DNA from: Candidatus Aenigmatarchaeota archaeon
GTDB taxonomy: Archaea; Aenigmatarchaeota; Aenigmatarchaeia; PWEA01
Direction of reading: 5' to 3'
Length of the DNA: 63,744 nucleotides
Assembly (NCBI GenBank): GCA_003553905.1
Contig: PWEA01000035.1
Location: 1-63,744, forward strand
In this document: positions 26,734-34,459 of the stretch, in pieces
Position numbering within the stretch: the stretch's first letter is position 1
Layout of the letters: each line of letters starts with the position of its first letter
The notes under the pieces: model-generated
What the model was told of the DNA's origin: nothing
The model's input: only the letters and a program-made list of their open reading frames with translations
Database searches by the model: none
Translations under genes and position numbers: made by a program

Positions 26734-27138
26734 ATGAAGAAAAAGTTTGATAAAGAACCAATACAGTCGATTAATCTCTTCGAAGAAAAAACTAACGTCG
26801 AGGTAAAGGATTTTATAGAGGACGAAGATTCTGCATATTTTCTTGTTGAAGAAGGAAAAGCAGGCCTTGCTATAGGAAAAAACGGGAAAAATATAAAGAA
26901 TATAGGAAACATGCTTGGTAAGAGGATTAAGGTCTTTGAATACGAAGAAAATGAAGAAAAGCTTGTAAAAAATATGGTGCTCGAATGCAATTCGGTCGAT
27001 ATAAAAAATAATGTTGCATTTGTAGACGTCGATGAAAGCGATAGAGGCAGGGTAATAGGAGCAAATGGAAGTAACATAGAAAAAGTTCGAACCCTGCTCA
27101 GAAGAAACAGTGATTTAGAAGACCTAAAGCTCAAGTAA
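26734..27138 (+). CDS. nusA: Archaeal NusA-like transcription termination factor (two KH domains)
   Basis: GLAIGKNGKNIKNI and GRVIGANGSNIEKV are GXXG KH motifs. The gene lies downstream of rpoA''. Confidence 0.85.
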   Translation: MKKKFDKEPIQSINLFEEKTNVEVKDFIEDEDSAYFLVEEGKAGLAIGKNGKNIKNIGNMLGKRIKVFEYEENEEKLVKNMVLECNSVDIKNNVAFVDVDESDRGRVIGANGSNIEKVRTLLRRNSDLEDLKLK

Positions 27139-27145
27139 CCGTACA

Positions 27146-27160
27146 AAGCTTTATAATTTT
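27146..27160 (+). promoter_or_regulatory. Candidate TATA promoter (AAGCTTTATAATTTT)
   Basis: The box is centred about 30 nt upstream of tRNA-Lys(CUU). Confidence 0.4.
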
Positions 27161-27183
27161 ACTCGAATAAAATATCCTCCTAT

Positions 27184-27278
27184 GGGCCCGTAGCTCAGTC
27201 TGGCAGAGCACTAGGCTCTTATGGTCTGTAAAGGTCTGAGAAACCTAGGAGTCGCGGGTTCAAATCCCGTCGGGCCCA
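27184..27278 (+). tRNA. tRNA-Lys(CUU), 95 nt, with a 21-nt anticodon-loop intron
   Basis: The acceptor stem is GGGCCCG/CGGGCCC. The anticodon arm is CTAGG-CUCUUA|intron 27222-27242|A-CCTAG. The D and T arms are identical to those of tRNA-Lys(UUU). Confidence 0.88.
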
Positions 27279-27291
27279 TGACCAGACGTAA

Positions 27292-27645
27292 CTAATTTCT
27301 TTTATACTCTTTAAGACAGCACTCTATATCAACCTTGCTCTCAAAAATCTGCTCATATGTATCCATGAGATAGAATATCTCCTCATCGGATATCTCTCCC
27401 ATAAGAAGACGATCGAAACAATCCCTTACTCCATCAATGGAATCCTCCATTTCACCCATGAACTGATTTACATACACAAGCAGACCATCGTATCTATCAT
27501 CTGAAATGTCATCTATTTCTTTATCTAAAGAAAGAAGATATCTATCCACTACATCAAGAAGATCCAACATACTGACACAGTAGTCTTTGAAAAACTTCTG
27601 TTTATCTTCGGTCTCAAATAGTTCAGGTTTAAACGCATCGGACAT
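27292..27645 (-). CDS. Hypothetical acidic helical protein (117 aa)
   Basis: The ORF is clean and has no competing frame, but I recognise no motif. Confidence 0.5.
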   Translation of the reverse strand: MSDAFKPELFETEDKQKFFKDYCVSMLDLLDVVDRYLLSLDKEIDDISDDRYDGLLVYVNQFMGEMEDSIDGVRDCFDRLLMGEISDEEIFYLMDTYEQIFESKVDIECCLKEYKRN

Positions 27646-27681
27646 AGAATTATACTGTTTTAAACCTACTTATATAAGAAA

Positions 27682-27936
27682 TCATAGTAACGAAACGTTT
27701 TCCACAACAACTGATGCCACATCTTCTATTTCTTCTACCCGGTTCTCTATGTCATCAGTGCCTCCCTTTTCTTCGTCTCTTACTATAAGAATCTTCAGAG
27801 CAGTCAGACCAAATCCTATTTTCTCGGTCTGAGAATCCTCAACTGGAAAAACCTTATCTATCCTGTCTTTCAGATCTTCTAGATTAACCTCAGTACCTTC
27901 TGGGGTAACCTTTAAAGAAATTGCAACGTCTCCCAT
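27682..27936 (-). CDS. ef1b: Elongation factor aEF-1 beta
   Basis: The 84-aa ORF begins MGDVAISLKVTPEGTEVNLEDLKDRI and contains FGLTALKILIV, typical of aEF-1beta. Confidence 0.88.
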   Translation of the reverse strand: MGDVAISLKVTPEGTEVNLEDLKDRIDKVFPVEDSQTEKIGFGLTALKILIVRDEEKGGTDDIENRVEEIEDVASVVVENVSLL

Positions 27937-27940
27937 GTTA

Positions 27941-28126
27941 TCAATCCTTTCGGTCGCCTGTTATAGTTTTATTTTTCCAGTTTTCGTTTTTCAGTTTTTT
28001 TGTCTTACCAAAACCACAGGCTGAGCACTTACCCTTAGAGCGGTTAAAGGATTTCCTACCACACCTTCTACAGACTCCGTGTGTCTGCTTCTTCATTTTA
28101 CCTGCAGATGGCGTACCCTTTGACAT
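27941..28126 (-). CDS. rpl37e: 50S ribosomal protein eL37
   Basis: [37 protein letters not shown] is present. Confidence 0.93.
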   Translation of the reverse strand: MSKGTPSAGKMKKQTHGVCRRCGRKSFNRSKGKCSACGFGKTKKLKNENWKNKTITGDRKD

Positions 28127-28154
28127 CTAAAATCACATCGAAAGATGTTGGTAT

Positions 28155-28385
28155 CTACTCGGGCGAGGCAAAGATTACGTTGTCTCCTCGCACGACTATT
28201 GTACCAAGCCTAGTTTTGTTGCCTTCTTCGCCTACCTTTTCAGCGTTTTCAAGCCAAAGGTTAAGATGTAAATCAAAAGCTACTAACTTACCTGCTATCT
28301 TCTCGCCGTTTTTCAGGTTAGCAATAACTCTATTTCCTCTGGCTTTCTCAAGCGCATCAAGTGGCCTTTTACCGTTTTCACCCAT
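28155..28385 (-). CDS. lsm: Sm-like archaeal protein (LSm/SmAP)
   Basis: Sm1/Sm2 motifs are present (VIANLKNGEKIAGKLVAFDLHLNLWLENAE...IVVRGDNVIF). The LSm-eL37 gene pair is conserved in archaea. Confidence 0.9.
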   Translation of the reverse strand: MGENGKRPLDALEKARGNRVIANLKNGEKIAGKLVAFDLHLNLWLENAEKVGEEGNKTRLGTIVVRGDNVIFASPE

Positions 28386-28468
28386 GCTATCACGTTTTCT
28401 TTTATTAAAAGAGTATTTAAAGGTATGGGTTGAAAATATTTAAGTGACAAAGGAAAAGGTATGTTGTT

Positions 28469-28846
28469 ATGTTAAGAGGCAAATCAAAGAGAAAAATCAC
28501 TGGCGGTAAAAAGAGTACCAACAGAAAGGGAAGAAAGCATGAACTAACAAGAGAAAGTATACTGTGTAAGGTCGCAAAAGATGACAGACAGAAAGAAATA
28601 GGTGTCAGAGGAAACTGCAAGAAAACACGCCTGAGAACTGCCAAGAAGGCAAATGTAGCAGACAGAAAAGAAGGCAAGGTAGTCACAGAAGATATAGTCG
28701 ATGTAGTGGAAAACAAAGCAAACCCACATTTCGTTAGGAGAGGCGCACTCACAAAGGGAACAGTAATAGAAACAGAATCTGGTAAGGCAAGGATAACCTC
28801 AAGACCTGGTCAGGACGGTCACGCAAATGCTGTAAGAATAGAATAG
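28469..28846 (+). CDS. rps8e: 30S ribosomal protein eS8
   Basis: GKSKRKITGGKK and NPHFVRRGALTKGTVIETESGKARITSRPGQDG are present. Confidence 0.92.
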   Translation: MLRGKSKRKITGGKKSTNRKGRKHELTRESILCKVAKDDRQKEIGVRGNCKKTRLRTAKKANVADRKEGKVVTEDIVDVVENKANPHFVRRGALTKGTVIETESGKARITSRPGQDGHANAVRIE

Positions 28847-29446
28847 TTATTTTCTTTCAAATCTATAAAAAACTACTTCTACGCTTTCTATATCTTTATC
28901 GTGCCAGGGCATTGTTCTTTCCAATGGAAAGTTTATGGTTTGGCTTGATGTAACTACACCACCACAGTTGTCTACATACCTTCTGACGAACCTATCTGTT
29001 CCTCCCATATGGAACGAATATACAACAGGAGCAATCTTAAGGGACTTTTTGATGAAAGGCCTGTCGCTTCCTGGTACCTGAGAACCAAAAGGAGGATTCT
29101 GTATCACAATATCAGCACTTCCCGAAGCCTCCATTACGTCTATAGCCAAAAACTCTATATCTACACCGGCTTTTTTTGCGTTCTTTTTTGCTATTTCGAT
29201 TGCTTTCTCATCTACATCTACACACACGACCTCCTCGGCACCGAGAATTTTTGCACCTATTCCCAACGTACCTGTTCCACATCCTAAATCATATATTTTC
29301 TTGCCTTCGATCTCTCCTTTCATATATACACTCCAGAGAACTGAAGAAGCCAGTTCGGGGGGTGTTCTATACTGCTCGAGTTTTGAATCGGGATCCTGGA
29401 AGCCCTCCAGCTTCTCTAACTCCAGTTCGAGCTCCTTCTTGTCCAT
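28847..29446 (-). CDS. METTL5-like N6-adenine RNA methyltransferase (COG2263 type)
   Basis: LEQYRTPPELAS, the SAM motif DLGCGTGTLG and the catalytic NPPFG motif are present. The stop codon abuts the eS8 stop with no spacer. Confidence 0.8.
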   Translation of the reverse strand: MDKKELELELEKLEGFQDPDSKLEQYRTPPELASSVLWSVYMKGEIEGKKIYDLGCGTGTLGIGAKILGAEEVVCVDVDEKAIEIAKKNAKKAGVDIEFLAIDVMEASGSADIVIQNPPFGSQVPGSDRPFIKKSLKIAPVVYSFHMGGTDRFVRRYVDNCGGVVTSSQTINFPLERTMPWHDKDIESVEVVFYRFERK

Positions 29447-29507
29447 ACCTGGTCATTGCCATGCCATTTTTATATAATACCGGGCCCAATATCCATGCTG
29501 GGGTTAT

Positions 29508-29651
29508 ATGTCAGCCAGGTTACTCGGTGGTATAGATATAATAGGGGGACTGCTCCTTATTTTATCCAGAAACTACTATCCAAGACTCACGTACGTTTTT
29601 TTGATTATAGGCATAGCCTTGGTAGCAAAAGGACTTTATTCGATGGTATAA
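29508..29651 (+). CDS. Possible 47-aa two-helix membrane miniprotein
   Basis: This ORF is not in the track. It reads MSARLLGGIDIIGGLLLILSRNYYPRLTYVFLIIGIALVAKGLYSMV. Its TAA overlaps the ATG of the downstream glycosylase (ATAATG), and a TATA-like box lies at about 29465-29480. Confidence 0.35.
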   Translation: MSARLLGGIDIIGGLLLILSRNYYPRLTYVFLIIGIALVAKGLYSMV

Positions 29652-30208
29652 TGCTCAAAAAAGATTTTTACCGACGGGATCCAAAAAGGGTTGCCAGAGA
29701 ACTCCTCGGAAAAGAAATCGTAAGGAATGGACTGAGGGGTATAATAGTCGAAACCGAGGCATACTATGGAGAAAACGACCCGGCATCACATGCCTGTAAC
29801 GGTATAACCGAAAGGAATAAACCGATGTTTGGTGAACCGGGAAGAACCTACGTGTACCTTTGTTATGGTGTATACAACCTACTTAACTTCACGGTGAGGA
29901 AGAAGGGGAAACCCGGGGCAGTTCTTATAAGAGCGCTCGAACCTCTCGAAGGGATAGAAAAGATGCAAGAAAATAGAGGGGATGTAGATAAGAAAAACAT
30001 AGCATCGGGGCCAGGAAAACTGACGCAGGCACTCGAAATAACAACAAACGACAGTAATCTGGATGTATCAACAGATGAACATGGTATATATGTTGAAGAA
30101 GGAAGGAAATGTAAAAACGTAGCCAAGAGCAAAAGAATAGGAGTCAGTGAAACCCATAGTCAAAATCTAAGGTTTTTCTGTAAAAAATCTAATTTTATAA
30201 GTGGATAA
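29651..30208 (+). CDS. mpg: 3-methyladenine DNA glycosylase (MPG/AAG family)
   Basis: The sequence from ATG 29651 includes FYRRDPKRVARELLGK...VETEAYYGENDPASH...GRTYVYLCYGVYNLLN...ALEP...GPGKLTQAL. Confidence 0.88.
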   Translation: MLKKDFYRRDPKRVARELLGKEIVRNGLRGIIVETEAYYGENDPASHACNGITERNKPMFGEPGRTYVYLCYGVYNLLNFTVRKKGKPGAVLIRALEPLEGIEKMQENRGDVDKKNIASGPGKLTQALEITTNDSNLDVSTDEHGIYVEEGRKCKNVAKSKRIGVSETHSQNLRFFCKKSNFISG

Positions 30209-30242
30209 ATAATTTTTTAAACAAAGATGTACTATTTATAAT

Positions 30243-31844
30243 ATGCCGGGAACGAAGTGGGTGTTTATAACAGGAGGAGTACTTTCTGGTCTAGGTAAGG
30301 GTCTCGTTTCTGCTTCTGTTGGTAAATTTTTACAGACGAGGGGTTACAGCACTGTTCCCATTAAATGTGATGGATATCTGAACGTTGACCCCGGAACAAT
30401 GAACCCAATAGAACACGGTGAAGTATTTGTATTGGACGACGGTGGGGAAGTAGACATGGATTTTGGACATTATGAAAGGTTTCTTGGGATCAAATCTAAG
30501 TTCGACTGGAATCTAACATCGGGAAAGATATTCCAGTCCGTTATAGAAAAGGAGCGCTCCGGGGAATATCTAGGTAAAACCGTCCAAATGATACCCCATG
30601 TAACAGATGAAATAAGATCAAGGCTTGAAAATGTGGCAAACGAAGAGGATGCGGACGTTGTTCTAATAGAAATAGGAGGAACTGTAGGCGACATGGAAAA
30701 TATGATATTTCTGGAGGCCGCAAGACAGATGCAGTCAGATCTACCCGACGAGGATACGTGCCTGGTTCATGTCACGCTTATACCGTGGCTTGATGCAGTC
30801 GGTGAACAGAAAACAAAGCCAACGCAGCATTCTGTGAAGGAATTAGAGGCTCTTGGCCTGGAAGCAAATATAATAGTAGGACGGGCAGAAAATGAGTTGG
30901 AGGAGAAAACAAAGGATAAGATATCCCTGTTCTGTGATGTACCAAAGGACCATGTAATATCAAATCCGGATGTAGAAGAGGTATATAAGATACCACTAAA
31001 CCTCAAAGAGGACGGGATGGACAGTATAATATCAGATGAACTTAATCTAAAAGATGGATCGGCAGACATGGAAAAATGGAAAAGACTTGTAGAAAATCTG
31101 GAAAACCCACGGGAAACCGTAGACATCGCAATATGTGGAAAGTATACTAAACTTGAAGACTCTTATGTATCGATAAGAGAAGCACTAAAACACTGCTCGG
31201 CCCATCTTAACTGTAAGGTAAAGCAGAGATTCATCGAAACAACAGATCTCGAAGAAGATGTAGGCAAGGTCCTGGGAAGTCCCGATGGAGTTATAATACC
31301 CGGCGGTTTTGGAAAAAGAGGCGCCGAAGGTAAAATAGAAATAGCAAAATACTGCAGAGAAAACAAAATTCCAATACTGGGTCTTTGTTACGGTCTTCAA
31401 CTCATGGTAACCGAGTTCGCAAGAAACAAATGCAACTTGGAAGAAGCCAATTCTACAGAGATAGATGAGGAAACATTACACCCAATTATAGATCTGATTC
31501 CGGAACAAAAGAACGTGGATGCAAAAGGAGGTACAATGAGACTCGGTGGCGGGATAACAAAAATAGAGAAGGATTCTATGGCCAAAGATATATACGGAAA
31601 AAAGGAAGTAAAGGAAAGGTTTAGACATAGGTATGAGGTAAACCCAGAATACCATGAAAAACTCGAAGACGAGGGGCTCAGGTTGTCAGGTGTTTCAAAA
31701 AACGAAGAAAATATAGTCCAGGTTGTCGAAATAAAAGACCATCCTTTTTATTTTGCAACGCAGTTCCACCCCGAATTTACTTCAACATTTGAAGATCCCA
31801 GTCCTGTATTCATGGATTTCGTAAAATCCTGTCTAAATAGGTGA
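30243..31844 (+). CDS. pyrG: CTP synthase
   Basis: The 533-aa ORF contains FITGGVLSGLGKG and the glutaminase domain motif GLCYGLQ. Confidence 0.96.
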   Translation: MPGTKWVFITGGVLSGLGKGLVSASVGKFLQTRGYSTVPIKCDGYLNVDPGTMNPIEHGEVFVLDDGGEVDMDFGHYERFLGIKSKFDWNLTSGKIFQSVIEKERSGEYLGKTVQMIPHVTDEIRSRLENVANEEDADVVLIEIGGTVGDMENMIFLEAARQMQSDLPDEDTCLVHVTLIPWLDAVGEQKTKPTQHSVKELEALGLEANIIVGRAENELEEKTKDKISLFCDVPKDHVISNPDVEEVYKIPLNLKEDGMDSIISDELNLKDGSADMEKWKRLVENLENPRETVDIAICGKYTKLEDSYVSIREALKHCSAHLNCKVKQRFIETTDLEEDVGKVLGSPDGVIIPGGFGKRGAEGKIEIAKYCRENKIPILGLCYGLQLMVTEFARNKCNLEEANSTEIDEETLHPIIDLIPEQKNVDAKGGTMRLGGGITKIEKDSMAKDIYGKKEVKERFRHRYEVNPEYHEKLEDEGLRLSGVSKNEENIVQVVEIKDHPFYFATQFHPEFTSTFEDPSPVFMDFVKSCLNR

Positions 31845-32971
31845 TTTCTTTGCAAAACAACTGGATACTCATAAGGTATGGAGAAATAGGTCTCAAAAGC
31901 GACTATGTGAGAAGAAGCTTTGAGGACAGACTGATCAACAATATAATTAAAGGTATGGAATCAAACGGGATCGAAGGAAAAGTTAAAAGAGGGTATGGAA
32001 GGATCTTTGTAAAGACAGAAGAAACGAAAAAGGCTTCTGCGGTCTTGGAAAGGATGTTTGGTGTCGTAAGCTTGTCTCCCTGTAGAAAAATAGGCTCAGA
32101 CCTTGAAGAAGTAGTTAATGAACTTTCGGAGCTGGGAAAGGAAAAGGTGGATGAAAACGACTCGTTTGCAGTAAGAGTAAGAAGAACAGGTGATCATGGC
32201 TTTTCTTCGAAAGACGTAGAAGAAAAAGCAGGTGCAAAAATTCTGAACAGCACGGGTGCTTCTGTTGATCTGGACAATCCCGACAAAAGGATAATGGCCG
32301 ATATAAGGCAGGGCCAATGTTATGTTTTCACCGAAAAAATAGAAAGCCCCGGCGGACTTCCACTGGGTACACAGGGCAAGGTATTATCACTTTTCAAGGG
32401 AGGATGTGGATCATTTCTTTCAACATGGATGATGATGAAGAGAGGGTGTTCTGTTGTAATACTACATGGAAAGATGGAGCCATATGCATCAGATGAAAAG
32501 TTCGAAAAATCGCTTGAAGAGCTTAAAAAATGGGGTCATGGTTCTTCGATTGATGTACTCGAATTCGATCTGGGAAGTATAATATTCAAACTTTCCGAGA
32601 ATGGTGAAACTGGATACACATGCACGTTATGTAGGAGGTTTATCCACAGACTTGCCTCGGAAGTCGCCAAAAAAATAGGAGCAGAGGCCATTATAGCCGG
32701 CGACTATCTGGACAATAGTTTTGGTGATATGAAAATCCATGATTCGGTCACAGATATCCCTGTAATAAGACCACTTGTTGGCATGGATAAAAGTACAATT
32801 ATGGAAAGATGCGATGATATAGCAGGAAGGTTCCTACTCAAACAAAACGAATGTAAGGCAAAGGAAAAATGCGAATCCGATGTACAAAGGGAAACAGTAG
32901 AAGAACTGGAAAATGAAATTGGGGTGGAAAACCTCATGGATGACTTCCTTGAAGAGGTTTTTGGAAAATGA
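31841..32971 (+). CDS. thiI: ThiI-like tRNA thiolation protein (THUMP + PP-loop fold) with a degenerate PP-loop
   Basis: The THUMP N-terminus (IRYGEIGLKS...FAVRVRRTG) is followed by the ATP-PPase fold. KGGCGS replaces SGGxDS, while a CTLC motif is retained. The GTG start overlaps the pyrG stop. Confidence 0.75.
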   Translation: MISLQNNWILIRYGEIGLKSDYVRRSFEDRLINNIIKGMESNGIEGKVKRGYGRIFVKTEETKKASAVLERMFGVVSLSPCRKIGSDLEEVVNELSELGKEKVDENDSFAVRVRRTGDHGFSSKDVEEKAGAKILNSTGASVDLDNPDKRIMADIRQGQCYVFTEKIESPGGLPLGTQGKVLSLFKGGCGSFLSTWMMMKRGCSVVILHGKMEPYASDEKFEKSLEELKKWGHGSSIDVLEFDLGSIIFKLSENGETGYTCTLCRRFIHRLASEVAKKIGAEAIIAGDYLDNSFGDMKIHDSVTDIPVIRPLVGMDKSTIMERCDDIAGRFLLKQNECKAKEKCESDVQRETVEELENEIGVENLMDDFLEEVFGK

Positions 32972-33354
32972 AAATTCCAAACTCCGAACTTGTAGGCAGA
33001 ATTATAAGAGAAAAACTGAAGGAAGTGGGCGTCGTAAGAAGTCAGCAGGAACTGGGAAGGATAGTTGAAGGTGAACTGAAGGATATAGACAGTTCATTTC
33101 ACATATCACCGGAAAGAGCCAGAAGAATTGCACTGGAGGTGCAGGATATAGATGTTACAGTAGAAACAAAAAAGTCCGCTTCAGATAAACCAAACAACTG
33201 TCCTGTGTGCAACTACGACCTAGAAGGTCTATACGCTGAAAATCTGGAGGGTGAAAAAACACGTGTCGGGTTTAGATGTAATAACTGTGGGTACCGTGGC
33301 GACGTCGATGAGTTTATGCCTATGAGATACGAATTTAAGATAAGGAAGGATTAA
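32968..33354 (+). CDS. Hypothetical protein with a C-terminal zinc ribbon (128 aa)
   Basis: CPVCN...x22...CNNCG is present. The start overlaps the thiI stop (ATGA). Confidence 0.55.
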   Translation: MKIPNSELVGRIIREKLKEVGVVRSQQELGRIVEGELKDIDSSFHISPERARRIALEVQDIDVTVETKKSASDKPNNCPVCNYDLEGLYAENLEGEKTRVGFRCNNCGYRGDVDEFMPMRYEFKIRKD

Positions 33355-33368
33355 ATTCTTATAATTTG
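33354..33368 (+). promoter_or_regulatory. Candidate TATA promoter (AATTCTTATAATTTG)
   Basis: The box is centred about 27 nt upstream of tRNA-Ser(CGA). Confidence 0.4.
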
Positions 33369-33387
33369 AAACTACTCCTTTAAACGC

Positions 33388-33605
33388 GCCGGTGTGGCCG
33401 AGTCTGGCTAAAGGCGGTGGATTCGAGTCCGCGGATGTGTTGACTCACCCGAGGATGAAAGCGAAACATCCACTGGGCGTCAAACCAATATGGTTAAATA
33501 CCATATCCACTGGAGACGAGGCCCGCGCAGGTTCAAAACAGGTCAGGTATTTCGGGAAACAACTTTATTTCCTCCCGGACTGTGGAAGTCCTGCCGCCGG
33601 CGCCA
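33388..33605 (+). tRNA. tRNA-Ser(CGA), 218 nt, at least two large introns, CCA encoded
   Basis: The acceptor stem is GCCGGTG/CGCCGGC. The anticodon arm is GTGGA-UUCGAG|intron|A-TCCAC. The intron is 77 nt if the second copy of a duplicated ATCCACTGG is used, or 40 nt plus an extra insert if the first is used. The T arm GCAGG-TTCAAA|about 51 nt|T-CCTGC is also interrupted. Confidence 0.75.
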
Positions 33606-33644
33606 TTATTCAGTTTTTTAAACACAAAGAAACAAGGATTTGCT

Positions 33645-34304
33645 ATGAAAGAAATAGAAGGTATTGTTTTCGATATGGACGGTGTTCTTATAGATTCCAT
33701 GTACTACCACGCCATATCATTTGAAGAAGCCTTGGGTGACATGGGCATAGATATAGACAAGGATGAAATCTATATGCTTGAGGGAAAGGGTGCAGAAACA
33801 GCAATCAAGAACATACTTGAAGACAGAGGAATTGAGCCCAATGAATATATAATAGAGGAACTCGTCGAAAGAAAAAGAAAGATATTCAATGATATGAACG
33901 AAGCCACTGTCTTCGAGGGAATGGAAAAAACAGTAGAAAGTCTAAAGAAAGAGTTCAGATTAGGTCTTGTAACGGGAAGTAACAGGGACACTGTGGAAGA
34001 GTTTGTAAACAAATATTTCAAAGACATTTTTGATATCATAATAACCGAAGAAGACACCGAAAACAAAAAACCCAATCCTGACCCCTTTGAAAAAAGCATT
34101 CAAAAACTCGGACTAAACAAAGAAAACGTCTTGGTTGTAGAAAACGCTCCACTGGGTGTCTTATCGGCAAAGGAAGCAGGAATAAAATGTTGGGCAGTTG
34201 CAACATATGTAGAAAAAAATGATCTCAAGGAAGCGGGGGCAGATAAAGTTTTCAATAACCACGAGGACCTGATAAAGTCCCTGGAAAACCTGACTAAACC
34301 CTAA
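33645..34304 (+). CDS. HAD-superfamily hydrolase (beta-phosphoglucomutase/phosphatase-like)
   Basis: ATG 33645 gives MKEIEGIVFDMDGVLIDS (motif I DxDG), plus GLVTGS and VENAPLGVLSAKEAG. The upstream part of the track ORF is tRNA sequence. Confidence 0.85.
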   Translation: MKEIEGIVFDMDGVLIDSMYYHAISFEEALGDMGIDIDKDEIYMLEGKGAETAIKNILEDRGIEPNEYIIEELVERKRKIFNDMNEATVFEGMEKTVESLKKEFRLGLVTGSNRDTVEEFVNKYFKDIFDIIITEEDTENKKPNPDPFEKSIQKLGLNKENVLVVENAPLGVLSAKEAGIKCWAVATYVEKNDLKEAGADKVFNNHEDLIKSLENLTKP

Positions 34305-34317
34305 AACCATATCACAA

Positions 34318-34330
34318 AAGTTTTATATTG
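34318..34330 (+). promoter_or_regulatory. Candidate TATA promoter (AAGTTTTATATTG)
   Basis: The box is centred about 29 nt upstream of tRNA-Gly. Confidence 0.4.
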
Positions 34331-34353
34331 TTTAACAATAAAAATCATAGCGT

Positions 34354-34428
34354 GCGGTCGTGGTCTAGTGGCTAGGACACGACCCTGCCACGGTCGTAGC
34401 CCGGGTTCAAATCCCGGCGACCGCACCA
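34354..34428 (+). tRNA. tRNA-Gly(GCC), intron-less, CCA encoded
   Basis: The cloverleaf has acceptor GCGGTCG/CGACCGC and anticodon arm CGACC-CTGCCAC-GGTCG. Confidence 0.92.
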
Positions 34429-34459
34429 ATTTTTATTTCTTAGGAGTTAATTATAATAC

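Noticed and set aside
29456-29650. An N-terminal extension of the MPG glycosylase from the track start at 29456.
   Set aside because: The extension has no similarity to the MPG fold and overlaps the divergent promoter region. The conserved FYRRDP...ELLGK N-terminus begins right after ATG 29651.
33392-33724. A 110-aa plus-strand ORF, and the 5' part of track ORF 33582-34304.
   Set aside because: The region folds as tRNA-Ser(CGA) with introns. The HAD hydrolase is better started at ATG 33645, whose product begins with the DxDG motif after 8 residues.
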